Source: Nitrospirota bacterium
GTDB lineage: Bacteria; Nitrospirota; UBA9217
Assembly: GCA_963751455.1 (NCBI GenBank)
Contig: CAVVUN010000006.1
Coordinates: forward strand, 128,001-192,000
Length of the DNA: 64,000 nt
Direction of reading: 5' to 3'
The notes under the pieces are model-generated. The model was not told where the DNA came from and made no database searches. It saw only the letters and a program-made list of their open reading frames with translations. The position numbers were made by a program, and so were the translations under genes. This document shows, one piece after another, positions 10,724-20,974 of this stretch (positions are counted from its first letter, which is position 1; each line of letters opens with the position of its first letter).

Positions 10724-12358
10724 TCACGCCTCACGGGCTTGATTCCCCGCTCGTGAAGAAATTGCTGAACTTCCGAAAGCCTTAAGATGCCCGCTCGGGC
10801 GACTATCTTCCTGACGGCTTTTATACGTGGTCAGAACTCCGCCGAAATCCCGCCGAGAAACAACACGAGCGCTGTCAGCGTGACGGGTATCCAGTAAGGC
10901 GGAACTTGCTGCTGTCGACGGGACTCCGGAGATAAGCGATAAGGACGGCCGAGAGTTCCCGGGATCCGCTGTTCCAACCCGGCTGTCCACCTTGAAGAAG
11001 GCGATCGCATCGACGAGACGTCCGGCCTGCGAGGACAGTTCCGCAGCCATGGATGCCATTTCCTCGGCAGCTCCGGCATTCTGCTGGATAACCTGATTCA
11101 GCTGCTGGATTGCAACGTTGATCTGATCCGCTCCGGCCGCCTGCTCTTTGCTCGAAGCACTGATCCCCTGCACGAGTTCGGAGGTCTTCTGAATATCGGG
11201 GACCAGATTACCGATCATTGCCCCCGCAGCTTCGGCAACCTCAACGCTTGTCCGCGAGAGATTGCTTATCTCAGCCGCCGCTACCTGGCTCCGTTCCGCA
11301 AGTTTTCTTACCTCTTTCGCCACCACCGCGAAGCCTTTTCCATGTTCGCCGGCCCGGGCCGCCTCGATCGCAGCATTGAGCGCAAGCAGGTTCGTCTGGC
11401 GGGAGATCTCCTCGACGATTTTGATCTTTTGGGCGATGTCCTTCATCGCGCTCACCCCTTCGGTCACGGCCTTCCCGCTCTCCAAAGCGTCCTGCGCGCT
11501 CTTCAAAGCTATTTTTTCGGTCTCTCCTGCGTTGTCGGCATTCTGCCGGATCGTCGCGTTCATCTCTTCCACGGATGAAGAAGCTTCCTCCGCAGAGGCT
11601 GCCTGTTCGGTGGCTCCCTGCGACATCTGCTCTGAACTGCTTTGTATCACATGGCTCCCCGACGCCACACCCGCGGCTGCCGACTTCACGTCCTCTACCA
11701 CGCCCCTCAGTTTTTCGACCATCGATCCGATCGAAGAGAACAGCATTCCGATCTCGTCGCCCGACCCCTCCGCGGCCTGAGTCAGATCTCCTCCGGCCAC
11801 CTTGCCGACGGCTTCTTTCAACCGGCTGATGGGCCGAACGGCCAGATTCCGGAACAGGATGTAGATGACGAACGAAATGAGCAGCATCGTCCCGGCCGAA
11901 AGGGCGGCCAGGATCGTCTGAGACCTGCCAAGCACACGATCGATATCGCGTGTCGAGTAACCGATCTTCACCGTGCCGATAGGTTCGTTCTGCTGCAGGA
12001 TGGAGCTGGTATACTCCATCGTTTTGCCGAAATTTTTGTCCTCCTTTTTCTCGCTGGTCAATTCATTGCCGTTCTTGTCGAGAACGGTCACGAACACGAT
12101 GTCGTCATCTGCGGCAGACACATAGTGAACGTGATTTTGAAGATACGACAGATTGTAGCTGAGGATCGGCTCGGCGGAGATAGCTGCAAGAAAACGGACC
12201 ACGTTCTCGCCCTTGTCCCGGAGATCCGCCTCAAGCACGCTCTTTTCGTGCAAGCTGATGATCATCCCCATGAGCGCAAAGACCACGAGAAGGGCCGAGA
12301 GAATACCGGCCAGGAATTTTCTGGTCAGCGACCAGTTCTTGATACCTTTTTTCTTCAT
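10724..12358 (-). CDS. Methyl-accepting chemotaxis protein
   Basis: 2 [42 protein letters not shown]. Confidence 0.95.
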   Translation of the reverse strand: MKKKGIKNWSLTRKFLAGILSALLVVFALMGMIISLHEKSVLEADLRDKGENVVRFLAAISAEPILSYNLSYLQNHVHYVSAADDDIVFVTVLDKNGNELTSEKKEDKNFGKTMEYTSSILQQNEPIGTVKIGYSTRDIDRVLGRSQTILAALSAGTMLLISFVIYILFRNLAVRPISRLKEAVGKVAGGDLTQAAEGSGDEIGMLFSSIGSMVEKLRGVVEDVKSAAAGVASGSHVIQSSSEQMSQGATEQAASAEEASSSVEEMNATIRQNADNAGETEKIALKSAQDALESGKAVTEGVSAMKDIAQKIKIVEEISRQTNLLALNAAIEAARAGEHGKGFAVVAKEVRKLAERSQVAAAEISNLSRTSVEVAEAAGAMIGNLVPDIQKTSELVQGISASSKEQAAGADQINVAIQQLNQVIQQNAGAAEEMASMAAELSSQAGRLVDAIAFFKVDSRVGTADPGNSRPSLSLISGVPSTAASSALLDTRHADSARVVSRRDFGGVLTTYKSRQEDSRPSGHLKAFGSSAISSRAGNQAREA

Positions 12359-12384
12359 GCCGCTACCCTCCTGTTCTCAAAATT

Positions 12385-12590
12385 TAATAAATTCATAAAA
12401 AGATCAATCTACCACGGAGGCACAGCCTGCACTCGCGCTGTGCACTCGTAGCACCGGGTGCAGGCTGGCCGAGGGCAAAGGCACGGAGAAAAACCAGGTA
12501 TGCATTAAAGTCTTTTACTCTGTGTTCCTACCTCTACGAACCTTCACTTGTGTCTCTGTGGTAAAATCCGACTTTTTACGACTTCATCAA
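12385..12590. repeat. Composite MITE-like repeat with a nested 41-bp element (12425-12465)
   Basis: Ends ..ATTCATAAAAAG / GACTTTTTACGACTTCATC; ACCACGGAG..CTCTGTGGT arms. Confidence 0.55.
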
Positions 12591-12641
12591 AATTGCTTTG
12601 CGAACGACCCGGGCTTAGCCGAAGGAATCGCTCTTCCCCTG

Positions 12642-13493
12642 CTACATGCCCCCGGCGATTTTCGCCGCCTTCCGGAGGTCATCGTACTCCTTGTCCGATA
12701 CCGGGATGAAGCCCGTCAACCTTGCCGGTCCCAGAATAGGTTCGTTCTTGGGGTCGTTCGGCTTCAGCTTGAGCAGCGCCGCTTTTACCTTCGCTGCCGT
12801 CTCGGGCTTTAGTTTCTCTGTGGCAAAGAACGGCCAGTTCGGGAAATAATCGGTATAACCGACGATTCTGATCTGCGAGATATCTATTTTGTCCTTGACC
12901 TTCTCCAGTTCGTCTTCGCGAATGCCGCCTGCGTCGGCCGATCTGTCCAGCACCGCCGCAATGACCTTGTCATGCCTCTTGGCAAAGGGAAGAAGGTGGA
13001 TGTCCGTCTTTGCGTCGAACCCCGCCCTGCTGAGCAGGAGGATCTGGAAGAGGTAGCCGGCGGGCGAATCCTTGTCCATGAACACGAACTTCTTCCCCTT
13101 CAGGTCCGGGAGCGCGGTTATACTGCTGTCCTTGCGCACGATAATAATGCCTCTCAGCCTGGTGCCGCTCTTCACTTCCGAGGACAAAGCAAGCGGTTCT
13201 ATATTCGCCGTCTGCTTTGCCTCTACATAGATAAGCGGATTCGCAAAACCGATGTCCATCTGCCCGGCCTTTACCGCTTCCTTGAAGGCCGGGAAGTCCT
13301 TGGGCACCACGATGCTCACCTTTTCCCCGGTCTCCTTCGACAGATACTCGGCGAGTGGCGCAAACATCTGTTGCAGCTCTGCGGCGCTCAAACGCGGCAC
13401 GGTCCCCATCCTGATCTCCGCCGTCGCAACCCCTGAAATCAGCATTCCCGCTGCAAGAAACAAAAAGACGGCACTGCACACCCTGTTTTTCAT
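12642..13493 (-). CDS. PhnD/PtxB-like periplasmic (phosphonate/phosphate-type) binding protein, no permease nearby
   Basis: Signal peptide; F.PL..YLS..TG..V, DLKGK...F.D..S..GY, H..V...V motifs. Confidence 0.85.
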   Translation of the reverse strand: MKNRVCSAVFLFLAAGMLISGVATAEIRMGTVPRLSAAELQQMFAPLAEYLSKETGEKVSIVVPKDFPAFKEAVKAGQMDIGFANPLIYVEAKQTANIEPLALSSEVKSGTRLRGIIIVRKDSSITALPDLKGKKFVFMDKDSPAGYLFQILLLSRAGFDAKTDIHLLPFAKRHDKVIAAVLDRSADAGGIREDELEKVKDKIDISQIRIVGYTDYFPNWPFFATEKLKPETAAKVKAALLKLKPNDPKNEPILGPARLTGFIPVSDKEYDDLRKAAKIAGGM

Positions 13494-13518
13494 ACTTCCT
13501 CCTTTTCATGCAGAAATG

Positions 13519-14919
13519 CTAAGCACTCTTCTTATCGGTCGTGAATCTGTCCGGCTGCGGGCCGGGTCTCGCCGGTTTCCTCTGAAACGCGAGCAGCGGC
13601 AGATAGATCCTGAAACGGGTGCCGGAGCCCGGCCGGCTTTCGCAGCGGACAGCTCCCTTATGCTGCTGAATGGTCCCGGCCACGATGGAAAGTCCAAGCC
13701 CCGTGCCGCGTTCCGCCTCCTTCGTGGTGAAGAAAGGCTCGAAGATCCTCTCCCGGGTCTTCTCGTCCATGCCCACGCCGGTGTCGGTGACTGTTATTAC
13801 CGCGCAGTGTTCACGCATCGTCAGGGTTGCCTCGTCGAGCAAATCGCCGCTCACGACATCCGTTTCAATGCTCAAAGTGCCTCCGTCCGGCATGGCATCG
13901 CAAGCATTGATCGCGAGGTTTATCAGGACCTGTTCGATCTGGCTCTGATCGGCGTTCACGAGAAGCTGCCGGGCTGCGGTCGATACGCGGAGGTCCGCTT
14001 TGCAACCCATGATCAGGCGGATCAGCTTCCCGGTCCTCTGGATGATCTCGTTGACATCGACGACCCGGAAATCGGTTTCCTGTTTCCTGCCGAATGTAAG
14101 CAGGCTCCGGATCAGCTTTGCAGCCTGGTCCGCGGTAGCCAGGATGTGTTCTGCGAGGCTGTTGGCAGGGTCATCCGGCTTCACACTCGTTGAGAGCAGA
14201 GAGGCATAGCCGACAATTGCCGTCAATATGTTATTGAACTCGTGAACGATGCCGCTCGTCAATTGTCCCATCGCCGCCATCTTCTGCGCCTGTCGCAGCT
14301 GCTGCTCCAGCTGCTTATATTCCGCCACGCCGGATCCGACCGGAACTTCCCGGGCCGACGCGTCCGATCCCTTGAAGGAATCGGCGATATCGGATCGGCA
14401 ACCGTTCTGTTCGATCATCGGCTCCCGGCGCTTTTCAGGGACCGTTCCGACTGCAGCCGCCCGGCGCTGCAGCAGCGATCTTCGAAGGCTGCGGTCGATA
14501 GCGGGAACGAGCCGATCAAGAGAGTCCTTCAGGACGTAATCCCAGCTTCCCCTGGGAAGCAGTTCGCGGGCACGAGCTTCATCGGGACGGCTTGCCAGGA
14601 GGATCACGGGAACAAACGGCATGCGTAAGCGGAAATAATCGAGGACTTCGGGCAGGTCCAGCGATGGGACGGGGAGATCGATCAGGACGATGTCCCAGTC
14701 CCCGGCGTTGACGGCGAGCTGCAGTTCATCGTTGTTCCGGGCGGAAGTGAACAGGGCGGGGAAGTTCTGCTGTTCCAATTGGGTTTTGATCAGCCGGCAG
14801 CCTCCTTCGTCGGCCGCTATCACCATTACGCTGGCGGACGCTTCTCTACTGCCGTTATCCTGAACGGCCGTCAGACACGGCTGTTGACCCCGGGATTGGA
14901 TTTCTTTACCAAGCGACAT
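13519..14919 (-). CDS. Cytoplasmic REC-HisKA-HATPase sensor kinase
   Basis: QAQKM..MGQL..GIVHEFNNIL, NL.INA.DAM, D.G.GM, FEPFFTTK, GTGLGL. Confidence 0.9.
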   Translation of the reverse strand: MSLGKEIQSRGQQPCLTAVQDNGSREASASVMVIAADEGGCRLIKTQLEQQNFPALFTSARNNDELQLAVNAGDWDIVLIDLPVPSLDLPEVLDYFRLRMPFVPVILLASRPDEARARELLPRGSWDYVLKDSLDRLVPAIDRSLRRSLLQRRAAAVGTVPEKRREPMIEQNGCRSDIADSFKGSDASAREVPVGSGVAEYKQLEQQLRQAQKMAAMGQLTSGIVHEFNNILTAIVGYASLLSTSVKPDDPANSLAEHILATADQAAKLIRSLLTFGRKQETDFRVVDVNEIIQRTGKLIRLIMGCKADLRVSTAARQLLVNADQSQIEQVLINLAINACDAMPDGGTLSIETDVVSGDLLDEATLTMREHCAVITVTDTGVGMDEKTRERIFEPFFTTKEAERGTGLGLSIVAGTIQQHKGAVRCESRPGSGTRFRIYLPLLAFQRKPARPGPQPDRFTTDKKSA

Positions 14920-14925
14920 GCGGGG

Positions 14926-14975
14926 ATTCTATAGGTTTCCTGCAATCTGTTGTACTACCCGTTTGGGCAGGTAGT
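14926..14975 (-). promoter_or_regulatory. Regulon box 1 and -10 (TAGAAT)
   Basis: ACTACCCGTTTGGGCAG at 14954-14970; minus-strand -10 at 14926-14931, 22-bp spacing. Confidence 0.7.
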
Positions 14976-15069
14976 ATTCGGATTTCACAAAAAAAGTGGG
15001 GATGCGAGGAGCCGGTCCGGTTCCCTCATGCCGGGAGCATGGACCGGCCCTCGATCTTCGTCGCTCTTG

Positions 15070-15337
15070 CTAGTACAGCGTAAACATAATCGCTAATAGT
15101 TCCACGCAGTCATTCCGGTGCGCTTTACGGCGACCAAGCCAGAATCAAAAAGATTGAACCGCGAGGGCGCAAAGGACGCCAGGAAGGCTGACATAGTACG
15201 GGAATTTTGCTTTCCTCGCGTTCCTCGCTTGCACCCAGCGTTTCGACTGCGAATGCGGGAGTGCAGGGCGCGACTTCGCGGTAAATATTCTATGCCGTTT
15301 TGAGCCTGTATCAAAAATTACTTTTACAGTGCACTAG
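15070..15337 (+). mobile_element. MITE family B, copy 1 (CTAG-bounded), carrying a 41-bp insertion
   Basis: CTAGTACAGCGTAAA...TTTACAGTGCACTAG; homologous to 16542-16821. Confidence 0.75.
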
Positions 15338-16434
15338 GTCGTTGCGTATTTTCGATGGGACCTCTCACGGATCTCTTTCAGCAGAGACGCCTGTTTATCG
15401 CGCCTTTCCCGATCTGCCGGGTCTACTGCATCCAGGACCGCCTCCTTGAGACGGTCATTTTCTCTCGTAAACGCCTGGAGCTGCTCGCTCGTGAACGCGA
15501 TCTCCTTGCCCGGCTGCACGAAAATCCTTGGATATCCCAGTTCATCGAGAACCGGACCAGCCACCGATTCGAATATCATAATGTCTTCCTTACCGGCTTC
15601 CTGGAGGAACTTGCGGGTATTTTCCCGCATTACCGGCTTCGTCAGATTGCTCCACAGTTCCGATGCCCCGGCGGTACTCCTGGCCTCGCCGCCGTTCGCA
15701 TACTCGAGCATTTGCGGCCGGTATCCGGCGCCGATGAATGAGCACAGTTTGCGACAGGTTTGCTCCGGATGCCGCGTCAACTCCTCGTAACTGACGCTCA
15801 TGAACCGGCTCCGATCGACCATTCCGGAGATAGCGAGTGCGAGTTTCTGAGTAGCCGTCCATTCCCGGGCGATGTGGTAGAAATGTTTTTCTCCGACCAC
15901 GGCTTTCCGGAAGGAGACAGCAACGTCGCGTCCGTCGCGATAGAGATAGATGTATCGCGGATCTTCGAAATGGAAATCGATATCATGAAAATAATTGATG
16001 TTCGCGAGGCTTTTGCAGCACCAGGTTCTTGCCCCCTGGGATTCCGCGTACATGTCGTACAGAGCTCCGTGGATTGCAACCAGCGCCTGTCTGGGCATGG
16101 AGAGCACCTGGGCCGCATGCACGGGATCGACCGGGAGCGACCGCTCCGCCACCTCGACCCGATCAAGGCTGACGCCGGCCCAGGCCACGGGATTCAGTTC
16201 GACGAGCCTGCAGACGTCGTCCACCAGTTGGTTGAACGCGTCCTCCCGGGTCAGCTCGCCGTACAGGGGCAGAACCGTCATCATCCGCTGCAGAATGTGC
16301 GGAGGGTGCGGCGCCGCGATCTCCGGGAGCTGATTCAGCATCAGGCGAAGCAGGTTTGAACCGGACCGTTGCGTACCGATCATGAAAATTGGATGCATAC
16401 TGTTATTTCCTCCTTGATTGCGAGAGTTGGTCAT
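15334..16434 (-). CDS. Sulfotransferase (Sulfotransfer_3)
   Basis: PIF.IG..RSGS.LLR.ML (5'-PSB), RDGRDVA.S (3'-PB), YE.L...P. Confidence 0.9.
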   Translation of the reverse strand: MTNSRNQGGNNSMHPIFMIGTQRSGSNLLRLMLNQLPEIAAPHPPHILQRMMTVLPLYGELTREDAFNQLVDDVCRLVELNPVAWAGVSLDRVEVAERSLPVDPVHAAQVLSMPRQALVAIHGALYDMYAESQGARTWCCKSLANINYFHDIDFHFEDPRYIYLYRDGRDVAVSFRKAVVGEKHFYHIAREWTATQKLALAISGMVDRSRFMSVSYEELTRHPEQTCRKLCSFIGAGYRPQMLEYANGGEARSTAGASELWSNLTKPVMRENTRKFLQEAGKEDIMIFESVAGPVLDELGYPRIFVQPGKEIAFTSEQLQAFTRENDRLKEAVLDAVDPADRERRDKQASLLKEIRERSHRKYATT

Positions 16435-16541
16435 TTGTTAGTCATTCCGGGCTTGCGGCAAAACAATAATTTCGTCATTCCCGCGAAAGCTGGAATCCAG
16501 TGTTTCAAAGGAAAGTCGCTGGATATTGGGCGATGAATCTT

Positions 16542-16821
16542 CTAGTACAACGTAAACCTAGTTGTTAATAGTTCCACGACGTCATTACGGTGTGCTTTAA
16601 GCCAACAAGCCGGAACTAAAAAGATTGAACCGCGAGGGCGCAAAGGTCGCCAGGAAGGCAATACTATCCTGTGGCATATTACGGGAATTTCGCTTTCCTC
16701 GCGTTCCTCGCGACTTCGCGGTAAATGTTCCTGCCGTTTTGAGAGGAATTCGATTTGTAACTGACTACTGGACCCGGCTAAAGGTGCAATACAATCAAGA
16801 ATTAGTTTTACAGTGCACTAG
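16542..16821 (+). mobile_element. MITE family B, copy 2
   Basis: CTAGTACAACGTAAACCTAGTTGTT ... AAGAATTAGTTTTACAGTGCACTAG, 25-bp imperfect TIR. Confidence 0.75.
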
Positions 16822-16856
16822 TATCTTTGTCTCCCGGCGCAGGCTGAAGCCTGCGG

Positions 16857-17663
16857 CTACACACCGGCCGATCCCGGGCTGAAAGCGAGGGACTCCACGG
16901 CGCGGGGCTGCGAAGCGACAAAAAAAGGATTGATCAGCTCCTGCTTGTTATAGCGCACCGGAAGGCCGCTTTCGGACTCGACGACCCGTCCTCCGGCCTC
17001 CTCTACGATGATCTGTCCCGCAGCCGTGTCCCACTCCATGGTCGGCCCCAGCCGCGGATAGATATCGGCTGCCCCTTCCGCGACGAGACAGAACTTCAGG
17101 GAGCTTCCGCGGGAAACAAACTGTACTTCCCCGTATCGGTCTCTTACGCGATCCACGTACTCAGCCAGCTGCGGGGTGCCGTGCGACCTGCTCCCCACAA
17201 CAACAAGGCCTTCCCTCCGGTTCGATACCCGGAGCCTTTTTGTGCCTTCCCGATCGAGCTTGAACGCCCCTCCGCCTTTCTGTGCGTAGTACAGCACGCC
17301 GCTGACCGGCACATAGATAACGCCGAGCACGGGCCGGTCCCGATGGATGAGCGCTATATTCACGGTGAATTCCCCGTTCCGGCTGATGAATTCTTTGGTG
17401 CCGTCCAACGGATCGACCAGCCAGTAATATTCCCAGTCCTTACGCTCTTCATAGGGAACATGTCTGCCCTCTTCGCTCATGACGGGAAAGGCAAACTCCT
17501 TGCTCAATTCGGCGGAAAGGATTTCGTGAGACCGGCGGTCGGCGAGGGTCAAAGGACTTCTGTCCTCTTTCCGCTCGACCGCGAAGTCCGAATTGTACAC
17601 CTTCAGAATCGCATCCCCTGCTGCCACCGCAGCAGGTATCAGAACCGACATAGTTACAGTCAT
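16857..17663 (-). CDS. cysQ: 3'(2'),5'-bisphosphate nucleotidase
   Basis: SPLT.AD, SEE, W.VDPLDGTKEF, GSSLKFC.VAEG.AD.YPR.GPT.EWDTAAG. Confidence 0.95.
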   Translation of the reverse strand: MTVTMSVLIPAAVAAGDAILKVYNSDFAVERKEDRSPLTLADRRSHEILSAELSKEFAFPVMSEEGRHVPYEERKDWEYYWLVDPLDGTKEFISRNGEFTVNIALIHRDRPVLGVIYVPVSGVLYYAQKGGGAFKLDREGTKRLRVSNRREGLVVVGSRSHGTPQLAEYVDRVRDRYGEVQFVSRGSSLKFCLVAEGAADIYPRLGPTMEWDTAAGQIIVEEAGGRVVESESGLPVRYNKQELINPFFVASQPRAVESLAFSPGSAGV

Positions 17664-17706
17664 AGGCACTCCTTGAAATAAGAGGTTATTAGACTTAGCT
17701 TTCGCT

Positions 17707-17912
17707 TTTCCAGACACCCCTGCATCCCGCGAACAGCGTCCGTGCTTTACATGACCGGCAGCAGGGACGGTAAATCACAAACCATGCATGTGCGTGCGAA
17801 GCGCAGCGAAGCTCAGCACTCTGAACCAAACTGAAAGTACACGTACAATCGAAATTTCACTGGCATGTCTGCACGGCGATGTGAGCGGCGGTGCAGAAAA
17901 AAATCAAGGATC
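17707..17912 (-). repeat. Repeat family C, copy A (about 200 bp, structured)
   Basis: Homologous to 19802-19998 and 41404-41686; core GTGATTTACCG..TGCTGCC..CATGTAAAGCACGGAC. Confidence 0.75.
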
Positions 17913-17978
17913 CTGAACAGCCTGGCATGAAGTAAAGATCTTATTTCTTTTCACCTCCCCTTCGCGTCCTGATCTCGG

Positions 17979-19145
17979 CTAATAGAACAGGACGCCTGCA
18001 ACGCCGGCGATCGGTATGACCCACGCTGTTTCCACTTTGAACTTCAGCAACGCGACCAGCGCCGCCGCAAAAATTGCGATTGAGACCAAATTCGGTTGGG
18101 CTGTCCTGGCGATGACGACTACGGCCGCGGTTATCATGCCGAGCACGCCGGACCGGATGCCGCGCAGGGCCGCAAGGACCGGGACCGATTGTTTGATCCG
18201 GTCCAGAAACCGGGTGCAGAGGAGCATGACGACGGCAGGCGGTCCGAACATGCCTGCTGTTGCAGCAACAGCGCCCAAGAGCCCCGCGACCTTGTACCCG
18301 ATGAAAACGGAACTGATGAGGATAGGGCCGGGCATTATCTGGCCGAGGGCGATGCCATCCAGGAATTCCTTGCGCGTGACCCATCCGTATCCGTCCACCA
18401 CGACCTGCTGCATGAGCGGAATAAAGACATAACCGCCGCCGAACAGGAGCAGGCTCATGCTTCCGAACGTTGCGAAGAGCTTTCCGGCGACCGCTATGTT
18501 CGTTCCCATCAAGGGCATTGACAGGGCGGGCGATAATGCATTCAGTCGTATTCCGTTCCGTGCGGTCCGATCTCCAGCGACACTTGCCGTTGCGGCCTGT
18601 TCGCCCGGGGCCGTTCCTTGCCTGAAGAGCAGCCATCCGAGCACTGCGCTCACCCCGATGATCCCAACCGTAGTAAAGAAGCCGCGGACCATGATCAGGC
18701 ACAGGCAGGAAGCAGCTGCGATAAGGCCTTCCGGCAAGGTCCTTGTCGTTTTCCTGGCCATGTTCCAGGCTGCGGCCAGAACGACGGCCGCGACTGCCGG
18801 AATAAAACCGTTGAAGAGCTTGCCGACAGCCGGGACCGAGCCCCAGCGAAAATAGGCATCGGTCAGGAGTAGCATCAGCAGAAACGACGGCATCATGACC
18901 GCTGTCGCAGCCACGGCAGCGCCTGCCCAGCCGCGGATCCGGTACCCGGTATATGCCACGGTATTTACGGCAACGGGCCCGGGAAGAATGGTCGCGAGCG
19001 AAATTCCGTCGAGCATGTCGTCCTGGCTCAGGAGCTTCCTCCGTTCGACCGCGTAGCTCTGCACCTGAGCGATGAGGGCCATGAAGCCGCCGAAGCCGGT
19101 GCTTCCTATTTTCAGGAACAGTTTAAAGAGTTGCCACAGGGTCAT
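17979..19145 (-). CDS. chrA: Long-chain CHR family (chromate/sulfate) transporter
   Basis: Two FGG..PGP repeats (F.KIG..GFGG; LLFGGGY..; GQ..PGP). Confidence 0.92.
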   Translation of the reverse strand: MTLWQLFKLFLKIGSTGFGGFMALIAQVQSYAVERRKLLSQDDMLDGISLATILPGPVAVNTVAYTGYRIRGWAGAAVAATAVMMPSFLLMLLLTDAYFRWGSVPAVGKLFNGFIPAVAAVVLAAAWNMARKTTRTLPEGLIAAASCLCLIMVRGFFTTVGIIGVSAVLGWLLFRQGTAPGEQAATASVAGDRTARNGIRLNALSPALSMPLMGTNIAVAGKLFATFGSMSLLLFGGGYVFIPLMQQVVVDGYGWVTRKEFLDGIALGQIMPGPILISSVFIGYKVAGLLGAVAATAGMFGPPAVVMLLCTRFLDRIKQSVPVLAALRGIRSGVLGMITAAVVVIARTAQPNLVSIAIFAAALVALLKFKVETAWVIPIAGVAGVLFY

Positions 19146-19695
19146 GCTGCCTCCTTTCGACCGGCACATCGAGGTAACCGCAGGATGAAAGGTGCCCCAA
19201 TATCCGCTCTGCCGACTGGCGCGGCGTTTCGTGCACCGTATCGATCGTCATTTCCGGACCCACGGGCGGCTCATAGGGATCGTCCAGCCCGGTGAAATTC
19301 GGCCTCTTCCCGTTCCTCGCTTCCTTCCACATGCCCTTTACGTCCCGGCTTTCGCAGATGTTCGCTTCGGTGCTTACCCATACTTCAACGAAATCCCGGC
19401 CGATCATGCTCCGTACCTCTTCACGCGGCTTACGATAGGGCGAAACCAGGGAACAGATCACTGCGGCTCCGTGCGAGGTTAGCAATTCAGCGATATGCCC
19501 CACGCGCGTAATGTTCGTGGCGCGGTCGCTCTTGCTGAAGCCGAGCTCTTTTGAAAGCCAGGGACGAACGACGTCTCCGTCCAGAAGCGTTACTTTCCGA
19601 CCGCGGCCCCGCAGCATGGATATGAGCTCCAGCGCGATCGTCGTCTTTCCCGAACACGGGAGACCCGTCAGCCAAACACAGAATCCTTTTTGCAT
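19123..19695 (-). CDS. cysC: Adenylyl-sulfate (APS) kinase
   Basis: W.TGL..SGKTTIA, LDGD.VR, SPY, RD.KG, FTG.DDPYE.P. Confidence 0.95.
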   Translation of the reverse strand: MQKGFCVWLTGLPCSGKTTIALELISMLRGRGRKVTLLDGDVVRPWLSKELGFSKSDRATNITRVGHIAELLTSHGAAVICSLVSPYRKPREEVRSMIGRDFVEVWVSTEANICESRDVKGMWKEARNGKRPNFTGLDDPYEPPVGPEMTIDTVHETPRQSAERILGHLSSCGYLDVPVERRQHDPVATL

Positions 19696-19801
19696 TGTTA
19701 TGCCCTCCTTCGTTTTTTGTCGTAGCAGCCCGGTTTCTACACATAAAAAAGGCTCTTCTCCAAGCAAGTGAATGAATTATAAGGAGCATCACGATGTACG
19801 A

Positions 19802-19998
19802 GATCCTTGATTTCTTTCTGCACCGCCGTTCACAGGTCCGCGCAGACATGACAGGATATCTCTTATTAGCCGAAGCTATTTTGGGCCGCTCATCGCGCTG
19901 ATGCTTCGCAACGCGCATGCATGATTTGTGATTTACCGTCCCTGCTGCCGGTCATGTAAAGCACGGACCTATTCACGGGATGCAGGCGCCTCTGGAAA
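19802..19998 (+). repeat. Repeat family C, copy B
   Basis: Inverted relative to copy A; the two copies bracket chrA-cysC. Confidence 0.75.
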
Positions 19999-20092
19999 TG
20001 CAAAACAAAAACAAGCGAAGAGCCCCCAAAAGAATTAAAGCGTGATCACCCAGAGACGAATCAAAAACTCCACTCATCAAGGAGAAGACCAT

Positions 20093-20131
20093 AAAAAAAG
20101 GCCAGGCGCCGGGTGTCGGCCTGACCTTTTT
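20093..20131. terminator. Bidirectional terminator-like hairpin
   Basis: A-tract AGGCCAGGC...GCCTGACCT T-tract; second hairpin AAGCCGGGGC..GCCCCGGCTT at about 20180-20204. Confidence 0.55.
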
Positions 20132-20254
20132 ACCGATAAAGGATATGTCCCGCAGCAAAGTACGAGGCTGGAAAACAAAAAGCCGGGGCAATGTGCCCCG
20201 GCTTAAGACGAGAATTGTTGTGCGGTAGAGAACGGTTGGTTCAAGAGCGAAGAA

Positions 20255-20590
20255 TCATTCTGTTGACGCATCCGGGCAAAGAGTCCGGTACGAGGCAACA
20301 GGCCGGTGCTGAAGCAGCCCTTGTTTTATCGCAAGCGCCCGGCAGCATTCCTGCTCGAGGATCTCCGAGACGGACTGGCCTGTTTCCGTAACCAGACCCT
20401 TTGCCTCTTCAGGAAGCGCGAATGCGGAAACCTCCTTAATGACTCCTTGTTCAGCTCTCTTCCAGATCTCATTCGTCCATGACGCTAAACGCTTGTCTAA
20501 TTCTTCTTTAAACCTCTCGGGATCCACACCTCTAAGCGCCGAGAGATACGCAAGTCGTCGTTTCTTTCTTCGGTCCTTTGCTTTTCCCAT
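20255..20590 (-). CDS. Hypothetical protein
   Basis: 111-aa ORF with AGGGGG RBS; basic N-terminus. Confidence 0.55.
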   Translation of the reverse strand: MGKAKDRRKKRRLAYLSALRGVDPERFKEELDKRLASWTNEIWKRAEQGVIKEVSAFALPEEAKGLVTETGQSVSEILEQECCRALAIKQGLLQHRPVASYRTLCPDASTE

Positions 20591-20801
20591 GTGACCCCCC
20601 TATTGAGTCGAACGATGTCTGTCGTCTTTGCAAGGGGACCTAATCGGGCTTTCGCCTTTTCGGCTATCGGTATGCCGGGTCAAGCTATGCGACCGTTTCC
20701 AGCATTACTTTTTATATTTGATCCAGTCGTTGCGCTGATATCGGTTACAGCTGATTCACCTTCTCATTCAGCGCAGAATGATCCAATTGTTCTCCTTTCC
20801 T

Positions 20802-20860
20802 GTGGAGCCCCCTGGCAGGAACCGGAGGCTCCCTATAAATGTCGCGACATCCCGCCGCAG
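20802..20860 (+). repeat. Repeat family D (REP/IS200-IS605-end-like), partial
   Basis: GTGGAGCCC..GGCAGGA.CCGGAGGCTCCC, shared with 49521-49629 and 44566-44762. Confidence 0.6.
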
Positions 20861-20974
20861 TCCCGATATTCGGGGCTGCGGCCGCGGGGTCAGTGTCTTG
20901 ATCCAGCTCCGGGAAATGCAACGATCTGCGATACCCATCGCCGAAGAACAAGTACTATAGTCTTACCATTTGAT

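Noticed and set aside
11262-14193. Long plus-strand ORFs (e.g. 11642..12451, 13252..14193, and 53330..54223 further on)
   Set aside because: Antisense shadows of well-supported minus-strand genes in GC-rich DNA.
20595-20690. c-di-GMP riboswitch upstream of the 20255..20590 gene
   Set aside because: GAAA-loop hairpins are present, but the conserved class I pattern (GGCAAAC..GAAA..GACGCAAAG) is missing.
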